Shown: positions 28,844 to 38,945 of the stretch, one piece after another
How positions within the stretch are numbered: position 1 is the first letter of the stretch
How the letters are laid out: every line of letters begins with the position of its first letter
NCBI GenBank assembly: GCA_964508365.1
Contig: CAZDTP010000012.1
Location: 9,573 to 73,572, forward strand
Reading direction: 5' to 3'
Length of the DNA stretch: 64,000 bases
From: an uncultured archaeon
Lineage (GTDB): Archaea; Asgardarchaeota; Lokiarchaeia; Sigyniarchaeales; SOKP01
Position numbers and translations under genes: made by a program
The notes under the pieces: generated by a model
Told to the model about the DNA's origin: nothing
Database searches by the model: none
Seen by the model: the letters and a program-made list of their open reading frames with translations, nothing else

Positions 28844-29080
28844 ATGAATTTCGACCAAGAATTAAACGTGTGTGGCTTAGTTTGTCCCGTACCTGCATTG
28901 AAAACCAAGAAACAACTCATGAAGATGCGACCAGGTACAGTGTTAAAAGTAATAACAGACTATAAACCAGCATCAGAATCAGTTCCACGTGATTTAGCAA
29001 AAACTAAGCACAAGCACTTAGGAACTGATTTTCTCGACGATGATGAGCTATGGCACATCTATTTTGAAGCAGTAAAATAA
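28844..29080 (+). CDS. tusA: Second TusA/SirA family sulfur carrier
   Basis: LNVCGLVCPVPALKTKKQL, GTVLKVITD. Confidence 0.9.
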   Translation: MNFDQELNVCGLVCPVPALKTKKQLMKMRPGTVLKVITDYKPASESVPRDLAKTKHKHLGTDFLDDDELWHIYFEAVK

Positions 29081-29094
29081 CAATATATAACTAG

Positions 29095-29126
29095 TTTTCT
29101 TTATATTTTTTTTCTTACTTATTTTT
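29095..29126 (+). terminator. T-rich archaeal terminator candidate after the hdr operon
   Basis: ttttctttatattttttttcttacttattttt directly after the last gene. Confidence 0.5.
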
Positions 29127-29336
29127 AAATTTTCAGCACTTCAATTTAATTTTCGTATATGTGTTTAATTGATTTTGCTGATCCAAATTTAATCGTATAA
29201 TTAACCTAGGTTCATATCTATATTAAGTTATGCTCTTAGAAAAAAATTAAATTAAGAAACTTTTAGAGTATTAGCAAAGAGCTAATCAATTTGTTTACTT
29301 ATTATGTTTAGATATGTATTTACTCATGATGTATGC

Positions 29337-29373
29337 AACTACTATATATATTGGCGTAGTAGGAAAAATATAG
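29337..29373 (+). pseudogene. Short remnant matching the 3' end of the SagB-family gene
   Basis: TTIYIGVVGKI* vs TTIYVGVVGK* at 39876-39908; 27/31 nt identical, three of the four changes synonymous. Confidence 0.55.
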
Positions 29374-29424
29374 AAAAAAAAAAGAAAAATTTTTTGATGA
29401 AAATTACACTTTTTTCTTATTTAC

Positions 29425-32133
29425 TTAACTTTTGGTTAATTTCTTAGTCCTCTTTCTCATCAATATTATAGAAATTCCAATGAGAGATATAATAAGAACA
29501 CTCAAGTTATATCCCGGTATACCACCATCGCCATTGGTAACTGCGGAAGTTATCTCAAAATATGCAGCACTATCATCATAGGTTGAGGGATTAGAGGAAT
29601 CTTCAATGTGAATTTGATAAGAATCTGCGTAGTTTGTATAACTAGAAGCTAGCGTCCAGGAATAATTCCCATCATTCGAAGTACTTGAAGCAATAGTGCT
29701 ATTATAAACTCCTAAATAATAGAGGTCAATGTCCACATTAGCAATACTTCCCGTAGAAGTCCATGTTATGGAGTGCGTTGAACCTGCCTGCCAAGAACTT
29801 GATGCTGTAGGACTCGTAACTGTTAAGGAATCTGGTACTGTTATCTCGAAATAGTTAGCACTATAATCATAGGTTGAGGGAGTAGAGGAATCTTCAATAC
29901 GAATGGTATAAGAATCTGCATAGTTTGCATAACTAGAAGCTAGCGTCCAAGAATATGACCCGTCGTTCGAAGTACTTGAAGCAATGCTGCTATGAAAAAC
30001 TCCTAAATAATAGAGGTCAATGTCCACATTGGTAATGCTTCCCGTAGAAGTCCATGTAATTGATTGCGTTGAACCTGCCTGCCAAGAACTTGATGCTGTA
30101 GGACTCGTAACTGTTAAGGAATCTGGTACGAGATCATCCCACCATAAATTATAGAGGTTCCCTGCATTAGCACCATAAACCCTAAGGTAATACGTTCCAC
30201 TTGATGGAAGAATATAATCGATATATTCATTATCGGTAGTGGAATAACTCCCTGTAACAAGGGTAGTACCATCGCTAGCGAAAACAGCAACATCAATATT
30301 ACCAGATGCGTGACTGAAAATACAGCTTACTATCAAATTTTCATAACCTGGGGTAATCGAGATTTGATAATAATCGTAATCTGCTTGAATTCCTGCCCCA
30401 TCAACCGCAGATAACCAATCTTGCTCATCGAATGAGATATCATAAGCAGTTAGATAACCATCATTTTCCTCGTAGTTGTCATCACTCGGTCGAGCTAAGT
30501 CATCCCACCATAAATTATATAGGTTTCCAGCGTTATCTCCATAAACTCTTAAGTAATACGTTCCACTTGACGGAAGAAGAGTATCGATGTATTCATTATC
30601 ACTAGTTGAGTAGCTCCCTGCGACAAGGGTAGTACCATCACTGGCGTATATCTGAACATTAATATTTCCATCTGCATCTGTGAATTGAAGATCTACGACT
30701 AAATTCTCATAACCTCCAGTTATCGAGATTTGGTACCAATCGTCATCTGCTTGAATTCCTGCACCATCAACCTCAGTTAACCAATCCGCTTCGCGCGATG
30801 CGATATTATATGCCGATGAATAGACATCGTTTTCCTCGTAGTTATCATCAATTGGTGGAGCTAAGTCATCCCACCATAAATCATATAGGTTCCCTGCGTT
30901 ATCTCCATAAATCCTTAGGTAATACGTTCCACTTGATGCGAGTAATAAATCGATGTATTCATCATTCGTCGTTGAAATGCTAGATGTAAGAAAATTCCCT
31001 ACGCTATCATAAACAGCAATGTTAATATTACCAGCTGCGTCGCTGAAAGTAAGGGAAACAGCTAAAAGTTCTTCACCGGGGCTAATAAAGATTTCGAACC
31101 AATCATCATCGCTCTGAACACCTAATCCCAATGTCATACTACTCAACCATGTATTCTCCATTGAGGAAAGACCATAAGCAGTTGTACGAAGGTCATTCTC
31201 CTCATACCGATCATCACCAGTGGGTAAATCATCCCACCATAGATCGTATGTATTCCCGCCATTGCCCCAATAGACTTGTATATAATAAGTCCCAGCTGAG
31301 GAAGCTGTATAATCAATAACTTCGTTGTTAGTCGTAGACCAGCTATATGTTAAGAGAGTAGTACGATCAGAATTCCAAAGATCAATATCAATATTTCCTG
31401 ATACATCGTTAAAAAGACAAAATATAAGGATACGTAATGCATCAGAAGTAATAGAGATTCGATACCAGTCAGAATCCGATTGAATTCCTAATCCATTAAT
31501 CGAACTTAACCATACTCGTTCATTAGTAGAAATATCAGTTGCTGTTGTATAGAGATCATTTTGTTCATAGAGATCATCTGTTGCCGCCGTACCAATATCA
31601 TCCCATAGTAAATCATAAGTATTTCCTGCATTATCTCCATAAATCCAGAGGTAATAAGTTCCACTTGACGGAAGAACATAATCGATGTATTCATTATCCG
31701 TAGTTGTCGAAACTCCAGTTACATATGTCCCAACGCTATTGTAAACAGCAAGATTAATATTGCCTTCAACATCATAAAAAAGGAGGTGTACGACCAATCG
31801 TAGAAATCCTGAGGTAATATCGATTTCAAACCAGTCACTATCTTTTTGGACTCCAAAACCACCGATGTTGCTCAGCCATGTTCTCTCCATTACGGAAAGA
31901 TCATAAGCTGAAGTACGAATATCATTCTCTTCATAAACATCTTCGGCTTGACTCGTTTGAAGTTTATCAAAAAGAATATCCTGTTTATAGTTCACGTCCG
32001 ATTCTTCGTGTGTTTCCAATTTGGAATTTAATGCAATATTATTAACAACCATTGTGGTAGCGCTGAATAAAAGTACTAAAGTCAAAACGGTAAAAATCAA
32101 TATATGTTTTTTATTAAATTTCATAATAATCAT
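29425..32133 (-). CDS. Cell-surface protein: five PPC-like (pre-peptidase C-terminal) repeats, two Ser/Thr-rich Ig-like repeats, Loki-CTERM-type anchor
   Basis: About 120-aa units DD.YEEND...DWY.I...SGTYYLRVYG...Y.LWWDD x5; 97-aa units LTVTSPT..SSWQAGST..ITW x2; GIPGY plus TM plus basic tail. Confidence 0.85.
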   Translation of the reverse strand: MIIMKFNKKHILIFTVLTLVLLFSATTMVVNNIALNSKLETHEESDVNYKQDILFDKLQTSQAEDVYEENDIRTSAYDLSVMERTWLSNIGGFGVQKDSDWFEIDITSGFLRLVVHLLFYDVEGNINLAVYNSVGTYVTGVSTTTDNEYIDYVLPSSGTYYLWIYGDNAGNTYDLLWDDIGTAATDDLYEQNDLYTTATDISTNERVWLSSINGLGIQSDSDWYRISITSDALRILIFCLFNDVSGNIDIDLWNSDRTTLLTYSWSTTNNEVIDYTASSAGTYYIQVYWGNGGNTYDLWWDDLPTGDDRYEENDLRTTAYGLSSMENTWLSSMTLGLGVQSDDDWFEIFISPGEELLAVSLTFSDAAGNINIAVYDSVGNFLTSSISTTNDEYIDLLLASSGTYYLRIYGDNAGNLYDLWWDDLAPPIDDNYEENDVYSSAYNIASREADWLTEVDGAGIQADDDWYQISITGGYENLVVDLQFTDADGNINVQIYASDGTTLVAGSYSTSDNEYIDTLLPSSGTYYLRVYGDNAGNLYNLWWDDLARPSDDNYEENDGYLTAYDISFDEQDWLSAVDGAGIQADYDYYQISITPGYENLIVSCIFSHASGNIDVAVFASDGTTLVTGSYSTTDNEYIDYILPSSGTYYLRVYGANAGNLYNLWWDDLVPDSLTVTSPTASSSWQAGSTQSITWTSTGSITNVDIDLYYLGVFHSSIASSTSNDGSYSWTLASSYANYADSYTIRIEDSSTPSTYDYSANYFEITVPDSLTVTSPTASSSWQAGSTHSITWTSTGSIANVDIDLYYLGVYNSTIASSTSNDGNYSWTLASSYTNYADSYQIHIEDSSNPSTYDDSAAYFEITSAVTNGDGGIPGYNLSVLIISLIGISIILMRKRTKKLTKS

Positions 32134-32596
32134 TAATACCCTTATTTATTTAAACTTAACATAACATAATTATCAAAATAATCTGTTAAAATTCTTTCAT
32201 TATAAAAATCTGAGAATATAATTAAAGATGCTCAAATTCGCTTATTACTATTAAAAATAGCCTACTATTGAGACATAATACTTCAAACTAACAAATATTA
32301 CATAAATTAAGGTGATAAGTGGGATATCTACAAGGAGATAAGAACGATGGGAACCGGTTACTTTGTATCTTCTCGCACAGTAATAGGTCAAAAGAAACAT
32401 AAACAATCCGTAATATAGTAATCTTGCGCTCAATTTATCTATATCAGGTGTATTAAGTAAAAAAAAGCTAGTTACACTATTAAGTATCCAAAGAATTATC
32501 TTTTTGATTTTAATTCAATTATAAATTAAACTTTTATATTGAATATTACTTCATATAACTTACACATAGTATTTTTTAAAAACAATGTGATTTAAT

Positions 32597-32827
32597 ATGG
32601 CATGGACACCACCAACTAAATTTATAGTTATTCTAAGCTTCCTTTTAATGGCATTTGGTGTATTTATTATACTTGACCAATCTCTTATACTTTGGAGCCC
32701 GTGTTTTTTACCGATTTTTAATCTTGCCGATTTTAACTCTTTCGAATCATGGATAGTGATTGCGGCAATAGTTGTCTTTTTATCCTGGTTTATTTTTTTC
32801 CTTGGAGTTTGGTTTAAAGGCTTATAA
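32597..32827 (+). CDS. Small two-TM membrane protein
   Basis: 76 aa, two hydrophobic helices, ends WFKGL. Confidence 0.65.
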   Translation: MAWTPPTKFIVILSFLLMAFGVFIILDQSLILWSPCFLPIFNLADFNSFESWIVIAAIVVFLSWFIFFLGVWFKGL

Positions 32828-32915
32828 ATTCTAATTTTTCAACATTTTTTTTTATACTTTATTTCTGAGGTGGACTAACTTCTTTATTGTTGAACATGCA
32901 AAAAGAATTCCTATA

Positions 32916-33062
32916 ATGGCAAAAACAGATGTTTAGATTGTTGGTGGGGGACCTGCGGGACTTGTTGCTGCAATTTCGATTAAAGACAAAATTAGTTGCA
33001 GAGATGTCGATATTTTTAAAGTCCAGAAAACCCTTGAAAATCAAGGTATACGAATAAATTAA
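32916..33062 (+). pseudogene. 5' fragment of an FAD/NAD(P)-binding oxidoreductase gene
   Basis: MAKTDV*IVGGGPAGLVAAISIK...; GxGxxG motif, TAG at codon 7, stop after 48 codons. Confidence 0.75.
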
Positions 33063-33084
33063 ATAATTCAAAAATGTGAAATTT

Positions 33085-33840
33085 TTAACTTAATTCTTTA
33101 AAATAACATACTAATCCTCCAAATTTATCTACGATAGCACCAGCCTCAGATTCTTTACTGACGATTTTAGTTTTAATCTCAAGATTTTTTGCGATTTGCA
33201 AAATTCGATGGGTTTTGCTTCTATTTTTTGGATTTTTTAGATATTCTTCAGTTAGAATTATATAATTTGGCTTAGGTAAATTAGGATTTTGCTTAATAAG
33301 TTTTAGTTCATGATCGATTTCTCTCCATGTATAAAGAATCTTTGAAAACTTTTCATTTTTATTAATGACCTCAGTCAGTTCTTCTATTATCAACAAACCC
33401 TCTTGATTTGAAGTTTCATTAACGATGTCTTTAAAATAATCCTGAGTTTTTAGGTAATATACATCCTTTTGATTCTTCGCTTGATTACCTATGATCTTAG
33501 AAAAGACAACCTGTTTATCTCCTTTTTTTAACAACCATGAATGATGCTTATTAATATGATTGAGAAACTCATCTGAATATTTTTCTTTTGGTGGGGAGAG
33601 CAGTATTACACTTCTGATACCTTCATTAAACATAGGTCTTAATATGTTAATGATTTCCTCATGAAAATGATATAGTTGCTTTTCATTTTGGTTTCTTCTC
33701 TTCCTTCCACGATTTATTTTGACGTGTAGCCTAATAGTCTCACTGAATATCCTCCAAAATACCGCATCAGTATCATGCAGGCCAATAAGAATTGCAATTG
33801 GATGACCGCGTTTTGTACGTTTTATTCTTTTTTTAGCCAT
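33085..33840 (-). CDS. Pelota/eRF1-like protein with only the middle and C-terminal domains
   Basis: C-terminus IVSKESEAGAIVDKFGGLVC resembles eRF1 domain 3; RNase H-like middle domain; no GGQ and no N-terminal domain. Confidence 0.65.
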   Translation of the reverse strand: MAKKRIKRTKRGHPIAILIGLHDTDAVFWRIFSETIRLHVKINRGRKRRNQNEKQLYHFHEEIINILRPMFNEGIRSVILLSPPKEKYSDEFLNHINKHHSWLLKKGDKQVVFSKIIGNQAKNQKDVYYLKTQDYFKDIVNETSNQEGLLIIEELTEVINKNEKFSKILYTWREIDHELKLIKQNPNLPKPNYIILTEEYLKNPKNRSKTHRILQIAKNLEIKTKIVSKESEAGAIVDKFGGLVCYFKELS

Positions 33841-34010
33841 GATAAAATAGTAAATTTAATGTTTCCTAACTTTTTTAAATTCTGAATTAGCAAAGAAAAA
33901 GAGAAATATGGACTTCTTTAATTTACATAAATTTAAACAGGTAGTACTTTAAAATTCAAATTCTGAGTATTATGGATCCAGATTTTTTAAAAAAAAAAAT
34001 TAGTTTATAT

Positions 34011-37000
34011 TTATACTTCTACTCCAGCTTTTCGTCTTCTAAGTAATAAAACAACAGTTACAACAGCTACTCCGGCAACGATTGATATAACGATTATAAT
34101 TATAACAACGAAATTATCTTCAGGTGGTGGAAGACTCTTAACTACATCCACGCTTTCAGAAGCAAGATTGCCTAGCGTATCGTTAGCATAGAACGTAATG
34201 GTAACGGTCCCCTCTGCTAAAGCAGTCCATGCTGCTTGGTTAATAGTGCTGTTGTCAGTAAACAAGAAATTAGTTGTTCCACCGTCAAGAGAATACCACA
34301 TGGAATCTAAATCGTCGTCTGAAATTTCAACTACGAAACTTGGAGCGCTAGCGCTAAAAATGTCGGCTGTTTGAGGAGAAATGATAACTATAAGTGGTGC
34401 TTGGCTATTTTTTTCAATTGAAACTTCAGCAGTGCCCATATTTCCAGGTATATCTGACGCATAGAATTTTAATGTGATTAATCCATCTGACATTGCATCC
34501 CAAGCAGATTGATCAATAGTTCCAGTAGATCCAGTGAAGGAGTAGTTATGTAATCCTCCATCAATTGTATACCACATTACATCTAAAAATGTATCGGTAA
34601 TCGTAACGCTAAAACTAGGAGCGTTAACACCAAAAATGTCGTCTGTATTAGGAGAATTAATAGTAATAATTGGTTCTTGACTGTCTTTATCTATACTCGC
34701 GCTTTCAGACGCAAGATTGCCTACCGTATCGTTTGCATAGAAGAAGATAGTAATAGGCCCATCCGATAAAGCGCTCCATACTGCTTGGTCAATAGTGCCA
34801 TTGGTCGTAAACAAGAAATTGGTTATTCCACCGTCGAGAGAATACCACATGGAGTCTAAATTAGCATCTGAGATTTCAACGACGAAACTGGGAGCGCTTG
34901 CACCAAAGGTATCATCCGTATGAGGAGAATTAATTACTATAATAGGTGCTAGACTATCTTTTTCTATATTCACGCTTTCAGACGCAAGATTGCCTACCGT
35001 ATCGTTTGCATAGAAGAAGATAGTAATAGGCCCATCCGATAAAGCGCTCCATACTGCTTGGTCAATAGTGCCATTGGTGACAAATAAGAAGGTAGTTGTT
35101 CCACCGTCAAGAGAATACCACATGGAGTCTAAATTGTCGTCTGAGATTTCAACTATGAAACTTGGAGCAGTTACACCAAAGGTATCATCCGTATGAGGAG
35201 AATTGACAACAATGAGAGGTCCCTGAGTATCCTTTTCTATATTAACGGTAGCAGAGCCTACATTTCCGGGAAGGTCTAATGCGTAGAAGGTTAATACAAT
35301 CGCACCATTTGGCATAGCACCCCACACAGATTGATCAATAGTTCCAGTAGATCCAGTAAAGGTGTAGTTATGTAATCCTCCGTCAATTGTATACCACATA
35401 TCGTCTAGAAAAGTATCGGTAATCGTAACGCTAAAACTGGGAGCGCTAGTACCAAAAACATCATCTTCAGAAGGAGAATTTATCACTATTGAAGGCGGTC
35501 CATCTTCAGCTATTGGCAAGTAATCTATACTACCTGCACCACCCGCAATAAATGTATAGGGGTTATCTACGATTCCGTCATTAGGGCTTGTATCCGGTCC
35601 AGTATGATTACTCCAGTAATTACCTATCGTTGTAGAATTCCAGTCATTATTAGCTCCATCATCAAATGCATGTCTATTGTTACCACTAAAGTAATTTCTA
35701 TAAATTAAATTATTGGAAGATCCTGAATCTACATGGAGTCCATCCATAACATTATCAAGTAAATAATTATCATAGATGGTAGCATAATCACTAATCCAAA
35801 TAGATATACCGTGTTCATAATTACCTTCTGCAACTGATCCCTCGATTGTATTATACATACTATTGTATACGACAATCCCGCTCAAGGTGTTGTTAACGAC
35901 TATATTTCCTAAAAGGATGTTATCATCGCTGCTATCTGCTATTGCAATACCAAATTGCAGATTTTTTAAGGCGGTATTACCCGAAATAGTGTTATTATCC
36001 GCTCCAGAGATATATATCCCTTGCCAACAATTTTCTATTATATTCCCATGAATAGTATTGTTAGTAAAACTACCCTGCATTGCAACCCCCGAACCTGTTC
36101 CATCACCATAAATTCTATTCCCTAATATTTCGTTGTAAGAACCGTACATATAAATTCCATATTGGTGGCCATTAAGGATGTTACCAGAAACTACATTGTG
36201 ATCACTTAATGTTGCATAGATGGCAGCAAATCCATGGTCATTTAGAGCATTATTCATTATATTCCCATTAGTAACATTGAGTAGGCGAATTCCCCCGCTA
36301 GAAAAGAGCGACTTATTAAGGGTACAACCTTGAATTATAAAGTATTTCTCAGAATTAGAAATTGAGATACAACCATCTGTAAAATTTGCATCGATTTTCA
36401 AATTTTCAATTATATAAGGATCTAATTCAGTCCCAGAACCGCTACACCACGCTTGACTTGCTGCCCAAGTCCAGTTATTTAAACTCCCTGGAAGGTCATT
36501 GATTGCAATAGGTCCTTGTAGATTCCAAATCGGCAAGTAATCTAAGCTCCCACCAGAGGGAGGAACATCATATGGAGTATCTCCGATGCCATCTAAATCC
36601 ATGTCATATCCAATATAATCGTCCCAATAATTTCCAATCAAGGTATTGTTCCAATCGTTATTTGCACCATTATCAACAGCACTATCAGTATTATTTATGA
36701 AATAATTCTGATAAAGTAAATTTCCGTCAGAGTTTAAGCTTACATAGATTCCAGTATTATCGTTTTCCCTTAGTTCATTATCATAGATAATGCTATCATC
36801 ACTATTTTCTAAATTTATTCCATGTAGCATATTATCAGTTGCAATATTACCTTCAATTGTACTTTCATGGCTCGAAATTGTATAAATTCCACTCAATACG
36901 TTATTTTCTACTTTATTCCCTGATAGAACAGTATAATAACTACCTTGCAATACAATGATTCCGTTTTGTAAATTATCGGATGCTTCGTTTCCAAAAAGAG

Positions 37001-38945
37001 TGGTATTTTGAGCGCCTAATACCCCAATTCCTTGCCAACAGTCTTTTATAGTATTTTCAGTAATAATGTTGTAATCAAAGTCCCAAATTACAATACCCGT
37101 CCCTGTACCATCTCCATATATTTCGTTATCAATAAATTCGTTGTAAGAACCTGTAGTGTATATTCCATGTCGGCTATTAGTAAGTAAATTTCCTGAGACT
37201 ATATTATGATCACTTGAAGATAAAAGCATTGCTGAATCTCGATGGTTATCAAAAGAGTTATCGACTATATTTCCATTTGTAACATTAAAAAGATAAATGC
37301 CTGCATCAGTACCAGATAAGACCGAGTTATTGAGTGTACAATGCTGAATTGTAAAGTAAGCCTCAGAATTTGAAATCGAAATGCAACTATCAATAAGATT
37401 GCCATCTACAATTAAATCTTCTAAAATATAAGGATCTAATTCAGTTCCAGAGCCACTACACCAAGCTTGACTTTCTGCCCAAGTCCAATTATTTAGACTG
37501 CCAGGAAAGTCATTAATTGTTATTGGCCCTTTTATGTCCCAAATTGGTAAATAATCGAAATTTCCAGCGCTCCCGGCAATACTATATGGATCATCACCGA
37601 TTCCATCTAAATCTAAATCGTATCCAGTATAATCATCCCAATAATTTCCAATAACAGTATTGTTCCAATCATTATTATTCCCACTATCATAAGCATGCCC
37701 GAGATTTGGATTTGTAAAGTAATTATTATAGAGAAGATTATTATCACCATATATTTCTACTCCATACCAACCATTATTATCAAAGATATTTCCGGTAAAC
37801 GTGTTGTTTTCACTAGTTGAAGTTGAATATATTCCTCTCCAACTATTATTGTATATTTCATTACTTGAAAAAAGTATTCCATCAGCGTCCGATAACTGTA
37901 TACCATCAGTATCACTATTCAAAATAGAACTATTGAGAACTTGTCCATTAGTGACATTACTTAAAAAAAGCCCTACAGCACCTAATTTTGAATTTCTAAT
38001 TGTACAATTATCAATGATAAAATGTCTTCTGGAATTTAAAATACTAAAGCAGGCTAATCCCGCTAGAGATTTAAATGTCTGGTCTTCAATAATGTATGGG
38101 GCTCCTGGCGTACCAGATCCGCCTCCAAACCAAGGTTGAGTAGCAGCCCATGACCAATTCGTCAAACTTCCTGGAAGATCATCAATTACAATATCGTAAA
38201 ATACTCCATAAGGTTGTTCATAAGTAAATAATATTGTAAAATCATCAGTTAAATTGTTTAAGCCTTGATACGAATTATAATATTGTACGTCCGCGCCCAA
38301 ATTTAATCCACATGTATATCCACCTTCTGTATAGTTAAGATAATCGTAGTTAAAGATTATTTCTCCCGATTCATGCAATACCACTTCAAACGTTCCAACT
38401 AAGGGACCTGATGGGTAGTGTATTATATTTCGCCATTCAGCAACCCAATAAGTGCCAAAAGATTGCACAGTAATATTTCCACTTCCTCCGCCAGAATAAG
38501 GGATTAGATCATCCCAAAATGGAGCGATTAAATAATAATTTTCAAGGTCTCCCGATGGAATTGGATCGTTACTAAAATCACTGGGAGAAGAATCATTGAA
38601 ACTAAGATACCCGTTTGCTCCTAGATAGATTGTTGAAAAGGTTTCATTGTAGAATCGAAAATCAAAAGGTAAAGATTGGGTCGAAAAACCATCATCAGTT
38701 AAAAAAAGTTCTGTTCCCCCTGAAACATCGATCCAATTATATGCATAACCTGTCGTCATTGTATAATTTTGTAGAGAGCTAATTGACGCCGTTGCGAGAT
38801 TATTTTCTATATTGAATTCGTCAGGGATAGGAGGAGCATAAGCAGTGAAATTATTGGCCCCATATTCAATTGAAGTCCACATAAAGACAATGATCAATGA
38901 AGTTAAAATAATTTTTTTAGTTGTTTTTGTTTTTAAATAACTCAT
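34011..38945 (-). CDS. Very large cell-surface protein: nidogen-like N-domain, three beta-helix modules, five Ig-like repeats, TM anchor
   Basis: LPFDFRFYNETF.TIY...NGYLSF...IAPFWDDL; I.D.PGSL.NW.WA..Q.W..G.GT...PYI x3; 91-aa Ig-like units; hydrophobic C-terminus plus RRRK. Confidence 0.88.
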   Translation of the reverse strand: MSYLKTKTTKKIILTSLIIVFMWTSIEYGANNFTAYAPPIPDEFNIENNLATASISSLQNYTMTTGYAYNWIDVSGGTELFLTDDGFSTQSLPFDFRFYNETFSTIYLGANGYLSFNDSSPSDFSNDPIPSGDLENYYLIAPFWDDLIPYSGGGSGNITVQSFGTYWVAEWRNIIHYPSGPLVGTFEVVLHESGEIIFNYDYLNYTEGGYTCGLNLGADVQYYNSYQGLNNLTDDFTILFTYEQPYGVFYDIVIDDLPGSLTNWSWAATQPWFGGGSGTPGAPYIIEDQTFKSLAGLACFSILNSRRHFIIDNCTIRNSKLGAVGLFLSNVTNGQVLNSSILNSDTDGIQLSDADGILFSSNEIYNNSWRGIYSTSTSENNTFTGNIFDNNGWYGVEIYGDNNLLYNNYFTNPNLGHAYDSGNNNDWNNTVIGNYWDDYTGYDLDLDGIGDDPYSIAGSAGNFDYLPIWDIKGPITINDFPGSLNNWTWAESQAWCSGSGTELDPYILEDLIVDGNLIDSCISISNSEAYFTIQHCTLNNSVLSGTDAGIYLFNVTNGNIVDNSFDNHRDSAMLLSSSDHNIVSGNLLTNSRHGIYTTGSYNEFIDNEIYGDGTGTGIVIWDFDYNIITENTIKDCWQGIGVLGAQNTTLFGNEASDNLQNGIIVLQGSYYTVLSGNKVENNVLSGIYTISSHESTIEGNIATDNMLHGINLENSDDSIIYDNELRENDNTGIYVSLNSDGNLLYQNYFINNTDSAVDNGANNDWNNTLIGNYWDDYIGYDMDLDGIGDTPYDVPPSGGSLDYLPIWNLQGPIAINDLPGSLNNWTWAASQAWCSGSGTELDPYIIENLKIDANFTDGCISISNSEKYFIIQGCTLNKSLFSSGGIRLLNVTNGNIMNNALNDHGFAAIYATLSDHNVVSGNILNGHQYGIYMYGSYNEILGNRIYGDGTGSGVAMQGSFTNNTIHGNIIENCWQGIYISGADNNTISGNTALKNLQFGIAIADSSDDNILLGNIVVNNTLSGIVVYNSMYNTIEGSVAEGNYEHGISIWISDYATIYDNYLLDNVMDGLHVDSGSSNNLIYRNYFSGNNRHAFDDGANNDWNSTTIGNYWSNHTGPDTSPNDGIVDNPYTFIAGGAGSIDYLPIAEDGPPSIVINSPSEDDVFGTSAPSFSVTITDTFLDDMWYTIDGGLHNYTFTGSTGTIDQSVWGAMPNGAIVLTFYALDLPGNVGSATVNIEKDTQGPLIVVNSPHTDDTFGVTAPSFIVEISDDNLDSMWYSLDGGTTTFLFVTNGTIDQAVWSALSDGPITIFFYANDTVGNLASESVNIEKDSLAPIIVINSPHTDDTFGASAPSFVVEISDANLDSMWYSLDGGITNFLFTTNGTIDQAVWSALSDGPITIFFYANDTVGNLASESASIDKDSQEPIITINSPNTDDIFGVNAPSFSVTITDTFLDVMWYTIDGGLHNYSFTGSTGTIDQSAWDAMSDGLITLKFYASDIPGNMGTAEVSIEKNSQAPLIVIISPQTADIFSASAPSFVVEISDDDLDSMWYSLDGGTTNFLFTDNSTINQAAWTALAEGTVTITFYANDTLGNLASESVDVVKSLPPPEDNFVVIIIIVISIVAGVAVVTVVLLLRRRKAGVEV

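Noticed and set aside
32251-32433. 60-aa minus-strand ORF upstream of the PPC gene
   Set aside because: TTG start, no motif, threshold length; not supportable as a gene.
32859-33071. 70-aa minus-strand ORF
   Set aside because: It is antisense to the oxidoreductase pseudogene fragment, which explains the sequence better.
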